DNA from: Eledone cirrhosa
Lineage: Eukaryota
Length of the DNA: 64,000 bases
Reading direction: 5' to 3'
Assembly: GCA_964016885.1 (NCBI GenBank)
Contig: OZ024741.1
Coordinates: 209,684,001-209,748,000 of the forward strand
The translations under genes and the position numbers were made by a program. Positions 9,601-23,600 of the stretch are shown here, piece by piece. The notes under the pieces are model-generated. The model saw only the letters and a list, made by a program, of their open reading frames with translations. It was not told the origin of the DNA and searched no databases. The first letter of the stretch is position 1. Each line of letters opens with the position of its first letter.

Positions 9601-12600
9601 ATGTCGGATCGATTCGTAAATACAAGGATAATGTGCGGACACTCCTTGGCTGTGTGCGGCATGATTTTCAGGACGATATCTCCGTAAAATCAAGAGTTGA
9701 TAACCCCAACTTAACTTAACCCCAACTTAACTTAACCGCAACTTAACTTAACCGCAACCTAACTTAACCCCAACTTAACTTAACCGCAACCTAACTTAAC
9801 CCCAACTTAACTTAACCGCAACTTAACTTAACCCCAACCTAACTTAACTCCAACTTAACTTAACCGCAACTTAACTTAACCGCAACCTAACTTAACCCCA
9901 ACTTAATTTAACCGCAACTTAACTTAACCGCAACTTAGCTTAACCCCAACCCTTGGTGGGATCGATCTGTAATTACTGGTACATGTGAAGACACTCATTG
10001 GCTGTGTGTGGCCTGATTTTCAGAAAGATATCTCCGTAAAATAACGAGTGGTGGCTGCGTAAAATAATGAATTACGCACGAAAATGAGAAAATTTCGATT
10101 CTCGATCGTGGGCCGGCCGGATGTCTGATCGATTCGTAAATACAAGGATAATGTGCGGACACTCCTTGGCTGTGTGCGGCATGATTTTCAGGACGATATC
10201 TCCGTAAAATCAAGAGTTGATAACCCCAACTTAACTTAACCCCAACTTAACTTAACCGCAACTTAACTTAACCGCAACCTAACTTAACCCCAACTTAACT
10301 TAACCGCAACCTAACTTAACCCCAACTTAACTTAACCGCAACTTAACTTAACCCCAACCTAACTTAACCCCAACTTAACTTAACCGCAACTTAACTTAAC
10401 CGCAACCTAACTTAACCCCAACTTAACTTAACCGCAACTTAACTTAACCGCAACTTAGCTTAACCCCAACCCTTGGTGGGATCGATCTGTAATTACTGGT
10501 ACATGTGCAGACACTCATTGGCTGTGTGTGGCCTGATTTTCAGAAAGATATCTCCGTAAAATAACGAGTGGTGGCTGCGTAAAATAATGAATTACGCACG
10601 AAAATGAGAAAATTTCGATTCTCGATCGTGGGCCGGCCGGATGTCGGATCGATTCCTAAATAGAAGGATAATGTGCGGACACTCCTTGGCTGTGTGCGGC
10701 ATGATTTTCAGGACGATATCTCCGTAAAATCAAGAGTTGATAACCCCAACTTAACTTAACCCCAACTTAACTTAACCGCAACTTAACTTAACCGCAACCT
10801 AACTTAACCCCAACTTAACTTAACCGCAACCTAACTTAACCCCAACTTAACTTAACCGCAACTTAACTTAACCCCAACCTAACTTAACTCCAACTTAACT
10901 TAACCGCAACTTAACTTAACCGCAACCTAACTTAACCCCAACTTAATTTAACCGCAACTTAACTTAACCGCAACTTAGCTTAACCCCAACCCTTGGTGGG
11001 ATCGATCTGTAATTACTGGTACATGTGCAGACACTCATTGGCTGTGTGTGGCCTGATTTTCAGAAAGATATCTCCGTAAAATAACGAGTGGTGGCTGCGT
11101 AAAATAATGAATTACGCACGAAAATGAGAAAATTTCGATTCTCGATCGTGGGCCGGCCGGATGTCGGATCGATTCGTAAATACAAGGATAATGTGCGGAC
11201 ACTCCTTGGCTGTGTGCGGCATGATTTACAGGACGATATCTCCGTAAAATCAAGAGTTGATAACCCCAACTTAACTTAACCCCAACTTAACTTAACCGCA
11301 ACTTAACTTAACCGCAACCTAACTTAACCCCAACTTAACTTAACCGCAACCTAACTTAACCCCAACTTAACTTAACCGCAACTTAACTTAACCCCAACCT
11401 AACTTAACCCCAACTTAACTTAACCGCAACTTAACTTAACCGCAACCTAACTTAACCCCAACTTAACTTAACCGCAACTTAACTTAACCGCAACTTAGCT
11501 TAACCCCAACGCTTGGTGGGATCGATCTGTAATTACTGGTACATGTGCAGACACTCATTGGCTGTGTGTGGCCTGATTTTCAGAAAGATATCTCCGTAAA
11601 ATAACGAGTGGTGGCTGCGTAAAATAATGAATTATGCACGAAAATGAGAAAATTTCGATTCTCGATCGTGGGCCGGCCGGATGTCGCATCGATTCGTAAA
11701 TAGAAGGATAATGTGCGGACACTCCTTGGCTGTGTGCGGCATGATTTTCAGGACGATATCTCCGTAAAATCAAGAGTTGATAACCCCAACTTAACTTAAC
11801 CCCAACTTAACTTAACCGCAACTTAACTTAACCGCAACTTAACTTAACCGCAAACTAACTTAACCCCAACTTAACTTAACCGCAACCTAACTTAACCCCA
11901 ACTTAACTTAACCGCAACTTAACTTAACCCCAACCTAACTTAACCCCAACTTAACTTAACCGCAACTTAACTTAACCGCAACCTAACTTAACCCTAACTT
12001 AACTTAACCGCAACTTAACTTAACCGCAACTTAGCTTAACCCCAACCCTTGGTGGGATCGATCTGTAATTACTGGTACATGTGCAGACACTCATTGGCTG
12101 TCTGTGGCCTGATTTTCAGAAAGATATCTCCGTAAAATAACGAGTGGTGGCTGCGTAAAATAATGAATTACGCACGAAAATGAGAAAATTTCGATTCTCG
12201 ATCGTGGGCCGGCCGGATGTCGGATCGATTCGTAAATACAAGGATAATGTGCGGAAACTCCTTGCCTGTGTGCCGCATGATTTTCAGGACGATATCTCCG
12301 TAAAATCAAGAGTTGATAACCCCAACTTAACTTAACCCCAACTTAACTTAACCGCAACTTAACTTAACCGCAACCTAACTTAACCCCAACTTAACTTAAC
12401 CGCAACCTAACTTAACCCCAACTTAACTTAACCGCAACTTAACTTAACCCCAACCTAACTTAACCCCAACTTAACTTAACCGCAACTTAACTTAACCGCA
12501 ACCTAACTTAACCCCAACTTAACTTAACCGCAACTTAACTTAACCGCAACTTAGCTTAACCCCAACCCTTGGTGGGATTGATCTGTAATTACTGGTACAT

Positions 12601-12837
12601 GTGCAGACACTCATTGGCTGTGTGTGGCCTGATTTTCAGAAAGATATCTCCGTAAAATAACGAGTGGTGGCTGCGTAAAATAATGAATTACGCACGAAAA
12701 TGAGAAAATTTCGATTCTCGATCGTGGGCCGGCCGGATGTCGGATCGATTCGTAAATACAAGGATAATGTGCGGACACTCCTTGCCTGTTCGCCGCATGA
12801 TTTTCAGGACGATATCTCCGTAAAATCAAGAGTTGAT
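3638..12837. repeat. 9-monomer HOR, period 4600 bp, 2 copies
   Basis: Diagnostic variants recur exactly 4600 bp apart: 424-bp monomer (4355/8955), GATTCCTAAATAGAA (6051/10651), TTTACAGG (ORFs 6435/11035), 536-bp monomer (7491/12091), CCTGTTCGCC (ORFs 8011/12611). Confidence 0.95.
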
Positions 12838-13877
12838 AACCCCAACTTAACTTAACCCCAACTTAACTTAACCGCAACTTAACTTAACCGCAACCTAACT
12901 TAACCCCAACTTAACTTAACCGCAACCTAACTTAACCCCAACTTAACTTAACCGCAACTTAACTTAACCCGAACCTAACTTAACCCCAACTTAACTTAAC
13001 CGCAACTTAACTTAACCGCAACCTAACTTAACCCCAACTTAACTTAACCGCAACTTAACTTAACCGCAACTTAGCTTAACCCCAACCCTTAGTGGGATCG
13101 ATCTGTAATTACTGGTACATGTGCAGACACTCATTGGCTGTGTGTGGCCTGATTTTCAGAAAGATATCTCCGTAAAATAACGAGTGGTGGCTGCGTAAAA
13201 TAATGAATTACGCACGAAAATGAGAAAATTTCGATTCTCGATCGTGGGCCGGCTGGTTGTCGGATCGATTCGTAAATACAAGGATAATGTGCGGACACTC
13301 CTTGCCTGTGTGCCGCATGATTTTCAGGACGATATCTCCGTAAAATCAAGAGTTGATAACCCCAACTTAACTTAACCCCAACTTAACTTAACCGCAACTT
13401 AACTTAACCGCAACCTAACTTAACCCCAACTTAACTTAACCGCAACCTAACTTAACCCCAACTTAACTTAACCGCAACTTAACTTAACCCGAACCTAACT
13501 TAACCCCAACTTAACTTAACCGCAACTTAACTTAACCGCAACCTAACTTAACCCCAACTTAACTTAACCGCAACTTAACTTAACCGCAACTTAGCTTAAC
13601 CCCAACCCTTAGTGGGATCGATCTGTAATTACTGGTACATGTGCAGACACTCATTGGCTGTGTGTGGCCTGATTTTCAGAAAGATATCTCCGTAAAATAA
13701 CGAGTGGTGGCTGCGTAAAATAATGAATTACGCACGAAAATGAGAAAATTTCGATTCTCGATCGTGGGCCGGCTGGTTGTCGGATCGATTCGTAAATACA
13801 AGGATAATGTGCGGACACTCCTTGCCTGTGTGCCGCATGATTTTCAGGACGATATCTCCGTAAAATCAAGAGTTGAT
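12838..13877. repeat. Single-monomer tandem duplication (520 bp x 2)
   Basis: Both monomers share the variants CCCGAACC, TTAGTGGG, GGCTGGTTGT and TTGCCTGTGTGCCGC. Confidence 0.9.
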
Positions 13878-14643
13878 AACCCCAACTTAACTTAACCCCA
13901 ACTTAACTTAACCGCAACTTAACTTAACCGCAACCTAACTTAACCCCAACTTAACTTAACCGCAACCTAACTTAACCCCAACTTAACTTAACCGCAACTT
14001 AACTTAACCCCAACCTAACTTAACCCCAACTTAACTTAACCGCAACTTAACTTAACCGCAACCTAACTTAACCCCAGCTTAACTTAACCGCAACTTAACT
14101 TAACCGCAACTTAGCTTAACCCCAACCCTTGGTGGGATCGATCTGTAATTACTGGTACATGTGCAGACACTCATTGGCTGTGTGTGGCCTGATTTTCAGA
14201 AAGATATCTCCGTAAAATAACGAGTGGTGGCTGCGTAAAATAATGAATTACGCACGAAAATGAGAAAATTTCGATTCTCGATCGTGGGCCGGCCGGATGT
14301 CGGATCGATTCGTAAATACAAGGATAATGTGCGGACACTCCTTGGCTGTGTGCGGCATGATTTTCAGGACGATATCTCCGTAAAATCAAGAGTTGATAAC
14401 CCCAACTTAACTTAACCCCAACTTAACTTAACCGCAACTTAACTTAACCGCAACCTAACTTAACCCCAACTTAACTTAACCGCAACCTAACTTAACCCCA
14501 ACTTAACTTAACCGCAACTTAACTTAACCCCAACCTAACTTAACCCCAACTTAACTTAACCGCAACTTAACTTAACCGCAACCTAACTTAACCCTAACTT
14601 AACTTAACCGCAACTTAACTTAACCGCAACTTAGCTTAACCCC

Positions 14644-17600
14644 AACCCTTGGTGGGATCGATCTGTAATTACTGGTACATGTGCAGACACTCATTGGCTG
14701 TGTGTGGCCTGATTTTCAGAAAGATATCTCCGTAAAATAACGAGTGGTGGCTGCGTAAAATAATGAATTACGCACGAAAATGAGAAAATTTCGATTCTCG
14801 ATCGTGGGCCGGCCGGATGTCGGATCGATTCGTAAATACAAGGATAATGTGCGGACACTCCTTGGCTGTGTGCGGCATGATTTTCAGGACGATATCTCCG
14901 TAAAATCAAGAGTTGATAACCCCAACTTAACTTAACCCCAACTTAACTTAACCGCAACTTAACTTAACCGCAACCTAACTTAACCCCAACTTAACTTAAC
15001 CGCAACCTAACTTAACCCAAACTTAACTTAACCGCAACTTAACTTAACCCCAACCTAACTTAACCCCAACTTAACTTAACCGCAACTTAACTTAACCGCA
15101 ACCTAACTTAACCCCAACTTAACTTAACCGCAACTTAACCCCAACTTAGCTTAACCCCAACCCTTAGTGGGATCGATCTGTAATTACTGGTACATGTGCA
15201 GACACTCATTGGCTGTGTGTGGCCTGATTTTTAGAAAGATATCTCCGTAAAATAACGAGTGGTGGCTGCGTAAAATAATGAATTACGCACGAAAATGAGA
15301 AAATTTCGATTCTCGATCGTGGGCCGGCCGGATGTCGGATCGATTCGTAAATACAAGGATAATGTGCGGACACTCCTTGACTGTGTGCGGCATGATTTTC
15401 AGGACGATATCTCCGTAAAATCAAGAGTTGATAACCCCAACTTAACTTAACCCCAACTTAACTTAACCGCAACTTTACTTAACCGCAACCTAACTTAACC
15501 CCAACTTAACTTAACCGCAACCTAACTTAACCCCAACTTAACTTAACCCCAACTTAACTTAACCCCAACCTAACTTAACCCCAACTTAACTTAACCGCAA
15601 CTTAACTTAACCGCAACCTAACTTAACCCCAACTTAACTTAACCGCAACTTAACTTAACCGCAACTTAGCTTAACCCCAACCCTTGGTGGGATCGATCTG
15701 TAATTACTGGTACATGTGCAGACACTCATTGGCTGTGTGTGGCCTGATTTTCAGAAAGATATCTCCGTAAAATAACGAGTGGTGGCTGCGTAAAATAATG
15801 AATTACGCACGAAAATGAGAAAATTTCGATTCTCGATCGTGGGCCGGCCGGATGTCGGATCGATTCGTAAATACAAGGATAATGTGCGGACACTCCTTGG
15901 CTGTGTGCGGCATGATTTTCAGGACGATATCTCCGTAAAATCAAGAGTTGATAACCCCAACTTAACTTAACCCCAACTTAACTTAACCCCAACTTAACTT
16001 AACCCCAACTTAACTTAACCGCAACTTAACTTAACCGCAACCTAACTTAACCCCAACTTAGCTTAACCGCAACTTAACTTAACCCCAACCTAACTTAACC
16101 CCAACTTAACTTAACCGCAACTTAACTTAACCGCAACCTAACTTAACCCCAACTTAACTTAACCGCAACTTAACTTAACCGCAACTTAGCTTAACCCCAA
16201 CCCTTGGTGGGATCGATCTGTAATTACTGGTACATGTGCAGACACTCATTGGCTGTGTGTGGCCTGATTTTCAGAAAGATATCTCCGTAAAATAACGAGT
16301 GGTGGCTGCGTAAAATAATGAATTACGCACGAAAATGAGAAAATTTCGATTCTCGATCGTGGGCCGGCCGGATGTCGGATCGATTCGTAAATACAAGGAT
16401 AATGTGCGGACACTCCTTGGCTGTGTGCGGCATGATTTTCAGGACGATATCTCCGTAAAATCAAGAGTTGATAACCCCAACTTAACTTAACCCCAACTTA
16501 ACTTAACCGCAACTTAACTTAACCGCAACCTAACTTAACCCCAACTTAACTTAACCGCAACCTAACTTAACCCCAACTTAACTTAACCGCAACTTAACTT
16601 AACCCCAACCTAACTTAACCCCAACTTAACTTAACCGCAACTTAACTTAACCGCAACCTAACTTAACCCCAACTTAACTTAACCGCAACTTAACTTAACC
16701 GCAACTTAGCTTAACCCCAACCCTTGGTGGGATCGATCTGTAATTACTGGTACATGTGCAGACACTCATTGGCAGTGTGTGGCCTGATTTTCAGAAAGAT
16801 ATCTCCGTAAAATAACGAGTGGTGGCTGCGTAAAATAATGAATTACGCACGAAAATGAGAAAATTTCGATTCTCGATCGTGGGCCGGCCGGATGTCGGAT
16901 CGATTCGTAAATACAAGGATAATGTGCGGACACTCCTTGGCTGTGTGCGGCATGATTTTCAGGACGATATCTCCGTAAAATCAAGAGTTGATAACCCCAA
17001 CTTAACTTAACCCCAACTTAACTTAACCGCAACTTAACTTAACCGCAACCTAACTTAACCCCAACTTAACTTAACCGCAACCTAACTTAACCCCAACTTA
17101 ACTTAACCGCAACTTAACTTAACCCCAACCTAACTTAACCCCAACTTAACTTAACCGCAACTTAACTTAACCGCAACCTAACTTAACCCCAACTTAACTT
17201 AACCGCAACTTAACTTAACCGCAACTTAGCTTAACCCCAACCCTTGGTGGGATCGATCTGTAATTACTGGTATATGTGCAGACACTCATTGGCTGTGTGT
17301 GGCCTGATTTTCAGAAAGATATCTCCGTAAAATAACGAGTGGTGGCTGCGTAAAATAATGAATTACGCACGAAAATGAGAAAATTTCGATTCTCGATCGT
17401 GGGCCGGCCGGATGTCGGATCGATTCGTAAATACAAGGATAATGTGCGGACACTCCTTGGCTGTGTGCGGCATGATTTTCAGGACGATATCTCCGTAAAA
17501 TCAAGAGTTGATAACCCCAACTTAACTTAACCCCAACTTAACTTAACCGCAACTTAACTTAACCGCAACCTAACTTAACCCCAACTTAACTTAACCGCAA

Positions 17601-20600
17601 CCTAACTTAACCCCAACTTAACTTAACCGCAACTTAACTTAACCCCAACCTAACTTAACTCCAACTTAACTTAACCGCAACTTAACTTAACCGCAACCTA
17701 ACTTAACCCCAACTTAATTTAACCGCAACTTAACTTAACCGCAACTTAGCTTAACTCCAACCCTTGGTGGGATCGATCTGTAATTACTGGTACATGTGCA
17801 GACACTCATTGGCTGTGTGTGGCCTGATTTTCAGAAAGATATCTCCGTAAAATAACGAGTGGTGGCTGCGTAAAATAATGAATTACGCACGAAAATGAGA
17901 AAATTTCGATTCTCGATCGTGGGCCGGCCGGATGTCGGATCGATTCGTAAATACAAGGATAATGTGCGGACACTCCTTGGCTGTGTGCGGCATGATTTTC
18001 AGGACGATATCTCCGTAAAATCAAGAGTTGATAACCCCAACTTAATTTAACCCCAACTTAACTTAACCGCAACTTAACTTAACCGCAACCTAACTTAACC
18101 CCAACTTAACTTAACCGCAACCTAACTTAACCCCAACTTAACTTAACCGCAACTTAACTTAACCCCAACCTAACTTAACCCCAACTTAACTTAACCGCAA
18201 CTTAACTTAACCGCAACCTAACTTAACCCCAACTTAACTTAACCGCAACCTAACTTAACCCCAACTTAACTTAACCGCAACTTAACTTAACCCCAACCTA
18301 ACTTAACCCCAACTTAACTTAACGGCAACTTAACTTAACCGCAACCTAACTTAACCCCAACTTAACTTAACCGCAACTTAACTTAACCGCAACTTAACTT
18401 AACCGCAACCTAACTTAACCCCAACTTAACTTAACCGCAACTTAACCCCAACTTAGCTTAACCCCAACCCTTGGTGGGATCGATCTGTAATTACTGGTAC
18501 ATGTGCAGACACTCATTGGCTGTGTGTGGCCTGATTTTTAGAAAGATATCTCCGTAAAATAACGAGTGGTGGCTGCGTAAAATAATGAATTACGCACGAA
18601 AATGAGAAAATTTCGATTCTCGATCGTGGGCCGGCCGGATGTCGGATCGATTCGTAAATACAAGGATAATGTGCGGACACTCCTTGGCTGTGTGCGGCAT
18701 GATTTTCAGGACGATATCTCCGTAAAATCAAGAGTTGATAACCCCAACTTAACTTAACCCCAACTTAACTTAACCGCAACTTTACTTAACCGCAACCTAA
18801 CTTAACCCCAACTTAACTTAACCGCAACCTAACTTAACCCCAACTTAACTTAACCCCAACTTAACTTAACCCCAACCTAACTTAACCCCAACTTAACTTA
18901 ACCGCAACTTAACTTAACCGCAACCTAACTTAACCCCAACTTAAATTAACCGCAACTTAACTTAACCGCAACTTAGCTTAACCCCAACCCTTGGTGGGAT
19001 CGATCTGTAATTACTGGTACATGTGCAGACACTCATTGGCTGTGTGTGGCCTGATTTTCAGAAAGATATCTCCGTAAAATAACGAGTGGTGGCTGCGTAA
19101 AATAATGAATTACGCACGAAAATGAGAAAATTTCGATTCTCGATCGTGGGCCGGCCGGATGTCGGATCGATTCGTAAATACAAGGATAATGTGCGGACAC
19201 TCCTTGGCTGTGTGCGGCATGATTTTCAGGACGATATCTCCGTAAAATCAAGAGTTGATAACCCCAACTTAACTTAACCCCAACTTAACTTAACCGCAAC
19301 TTAACTTAACCGCAACCTAACTTAACCCCAACTTAACTTAACCGCAACCTAACTTAACCCCAACTTAACTTAACCGCAACTTAACTTAACCCCAACTTAA
19401 CTTAACCCCAACTTAACTTAACCGCAACTTAACTTAACCGCAACCTAACTTAACCCCAACTTAACTTAACCGCAACTTAACTTAACCGCAACTTAGCTTA
19501 ACCCCAACCCTTCGTGGGATCGATCTGTAATTACTGGTATATGTGCAGACACTCATTGGCTGTGTGTGGCCTGATTTTCAGAAAGATATCTCCGTAAAAT
19601 AACGAGTGGTGGCTGCGTAAAATAATGAATTACGCACGAAAATGAGAAAATTTCCATTCTCGATCGTGGGCCGGCCGGATGTCGGATCAATTCGTAAATA
19701 CAAGGATAATGTGCGGACACTCCTTGGCTGTGTGCGGCATGATTTTCAGGACGATATCTCCGTAAAATCAAGAGTTGATAACCCCAACTTAACTTAACCC
19801 CAACTTAACTTAACCGCAACTTAACTTAACCGCAACCTAACTTAACCCCAACTTAACTTAACCGCAACCTAACTTAACCCCAACTTAACTTAACCGCAAC
19901 TTAACTTAACCCCAACCTAACTTAACCCCAACTTAACTTAACCGCAACTTAACTTAACCGCAACCTAACTTAACCCCAACTTAACTTAACCGCAACTTAA
20001 CTTAACCGCAACTTAGCTTAACCCCAACCCTTGGTGGGATCGATCTGTAATTACTGGTACATGTGCAGACACTCATTGGCTGTGTGTGGCCTGATTTTCA
20101 GAAAGATATCTCCGTAAAATAACGAGTGGTGGCTGCGTAAAATAATGAATTAGGCACGAAAATGAGAAAATTTCGATTCTCGATCGTGGGCCGGCCGGAT
20201 GTCGGATCGATTCGTAAATACAAGGATAATGTGCGGACACTCCTTGGCTGTGTGCGGCATGATTTTCAGGACGATATCTCCGTAAAATCAAGAGTTGATA
20301 ACCCCAACTTAACTTAACCCCAACTTAACTTAACCGCAACTTAACTTAACCGCAACCTAACTTAACCCCAACTTAACTTAACCGCAACCTAACTTAACCC
20401 CAACTTAACTTAACCGCAACTTAACTTAACCCCAACCTAACTTAACCCAAACTTAACTTAACCGCAACTTAACTTAACCGCAACCTAACTTAACCCCAAC
20501 TTAACTTAACCGCAACTTAACTTAACCGCAACTTAACTTAACCCCAACCTAACTTAACCCCAACTTAACTTAACCGCAACTTAACTTAACCGCAACCTAA

Positions 20601-23600
20601 CTTAACCCCAACTTAACTTAACCGCAACTTAACTTAACCGCAACTTAGCTTAACCCCAACCCTTGGTGGGATCGATCTGTAATTACTGGTATATGTGCAG
20701 ACACTCATTGGCTGTGTGTGGCCTGATTTTCAGAAAGATATCTCCGTAAAATAACGAGTGGTGGCTGCGTAAAATAATGAATTACGCACGAAAATGAGAA
20801 AATTTCGATTCTCGATCGTGGGCCGGCCGGATGTCGGATCGATTCGTAAATACAAGGATAATGTGCGGACACTCCTTGGCTGTGTGCGGCATGATTTTCA
20901 GGACGATATCTCCGTAAAATCAAGAGTTGATAACCCCAACTTAACTTAACCCCAACTTAACTTAACCGCAACTTAACTTAACCGCAACCTAACTTAACCC
21001 CAACTTAACTTAACCGCAACCTAACTTAACCCCAACTTAACTTAACCGCAACTTAACTTAACCCCAACCTAACTTAACTCCAACTTAACTTAACCGCAAC
21101 TTAACTTAACCGCAACCTAACTTAACCCCAACTTAATTTAACCGCAACTTAACTTAACCGCAACTTAGCTTAACTCCAACCCTTGGTGGGATCGATCTGT
21201 AATTACTGGTACATGTGCAGACACTCATTGGCTGTGTGTGGCCTGATTTTCAGAAAGATATCTCCGTAAAATAACGAGTGGTGGCTGCGTAAAATAATGA
21301 ATTACGCACGAAAATGAGAAAATTTCGATTCTCGATCGTGGGCCGGCCGGATGTCGGATCGATTCGTAAATACAAGGATAATGTGCGGACACTCCTTGGC
21401 TGTGTGCGGCATGATTTTCAGGACGATATCTCCGTAAAATCAAGAGTTGATAACCCCAACTTAACTTAACCCCAACTTAACTTAACCGCAACTTAACTTA
21501 ACCGCAACCTAACTTAACCCCAACTTAACTTAACCGCAACCTAACTTAACCCCAACTTAACTTAACCGCAACTTAACTTAACCCCAACCTAACTTAACTC
21601 CAACTTAACTTAACCGCAACTTAACTTAACCGCAACCTAACTTAACCCCAACTTAATTTAACCGCAACTTAACTTAACCGCAACTTAGCTTAACTCCAAC
21701 CCTTGGTGGGATCGATCTGTAATTACTGGTACATGTGCAGACACTCATTGGCTGTGTGTGGCCTGATTTTCAGAAAGATATCTCCGTAAAATAACGAGTG
21801 GTGGCTGCGTAAAATAATGAATTACGCACGAAAATGAGAAAATTTCGATTCTCGATCGTGGGCCGGCCGGATGTCGGATCGATTCGTAAATACAAGGATA
21901 ATGTGCGGACACTCCTTGGCTGTGTGCGGCATGATTTTCAGGACGATATCTCCGTAAAATCAAGAGTTGATAACCCCAACTTAATTTAACCCCAACTTAA
22001 CTTAACCGCAACTTAACTTAACCGCAACCTAACTTAACCCCAACTTAACTTAACCGCAACCTAACTTAACCCCAACTTAACTTAACCGCAACTTAACTTA
22101 ACCCCAACCTAACTTAACCCCAACTTAACTTAACCGCAACTTAACTTAACCGCAACCTAACTTAACCCCAACTTAACTTAACCGCAACCTAACTTAACCC
22201 CAACTTAACTTAACCGCAACTTAACTTAACCCCAACCTAACTTAACCCCAACTTAACTTAACGGCAACTTAACTTAACCGCAACCTAACTTAACCCCAAC
22301 TTAACTTAACCGCAACTTAACTTAACCGCAACTTAACTTAACCGCAACCTAACTTAACCCCAACTTAACTTAACCGCAACTTAACCCCAACTTAGCTTAA
22401 CCCCAACCCTTGGTGGGATCGATCTGTAATTACTGGTACATGTGCAGACACTCATTGGCTGTGTGTGGCCTGATTTTTAGAAAGATATCTCCGTAAAATA
22501 ACGAGTGGTGGCTGCGTAAAATAATGAATTACGCACGAAAATGAGAAAATTTCGATTCTCGATCGTGGGCCGGCCGGATGTCGGATCGATTCGTAAATAC
22601 AAGGATAATGTGCGGACACTCCTTGGCTGTGTGCGGCATGATTTTCAGGACGATATCTCCGTAAAATCAAGAGTTGATAACCCCAACTTAACTTAACCCC
22701 AACTTAACTTAACCGCAACTTTACTTAACCGCAACCTAACTTAACCCCAACTTAACTTAACCGCAACCTAACTTAACCCCAACTTAACTTAACCCCAACT
22801 TAACTTAACCCCAACCTAACTTAACCCCAACTTAACTTAACCGCAACTTAACTTAACCGCAACCTAACTTAACCCCAACTTAAATTAACCGCAACTTAAC
22901 TTAACCGCAACTTAGCTTAACCCCAACCCTTGGTGGGATCGATCTGTAATTACTGGTACATGTGCAGACACTCATTGGCTGTGTGTGGCCTGATTTTCAG
23001 AAAGATATCTCCGTAAAATAACGAGTGGTGGCTGCGTAAAATAATGAATTACGCACGAAAATGAGAAAATTTCGATTCTCGATCGTGGGCCGGCCGGATG
23101 TCGGATCGATTCGTAAATACAAGGATAATGTGCGGACACTCCTTGGCTGTGTGCGGCATGATTTTCAGGACGATATCTCCGTAAAATCAAGAGTTGATAA
23201 CCCCAACTTAACTTAACCCCAACTTAACTTAACCGCAACTTAACTTAACCGCAACCTAACTTAACCCCAACTTAACTTAACCGCAACCTAACTTAACCCC
23301 AACTTAACTTAACCGCAACTTAACTTAACCCCAACTTAACTTAACCCCAACTTAACTTAACCGCAACTTAACTTAACCGCAACCTAACTTAACCCCAACT
23401 TAACTTAACCGCAACTTAACTTAACCGCAACTTAGCTTAACCCCAACCCTTGGTGGGATCGATCTGTAATTACTGGTATATGTGCAGACACTCATTGGCT
23501 GTGTGTGGCCTGATTTTCAGAAAGATATCTCCGTAAAATAACGAGTGGTGGCTGCGTAAAATAATGAATTACGCACGAAAATGAGAAAATTTCCATTCTC

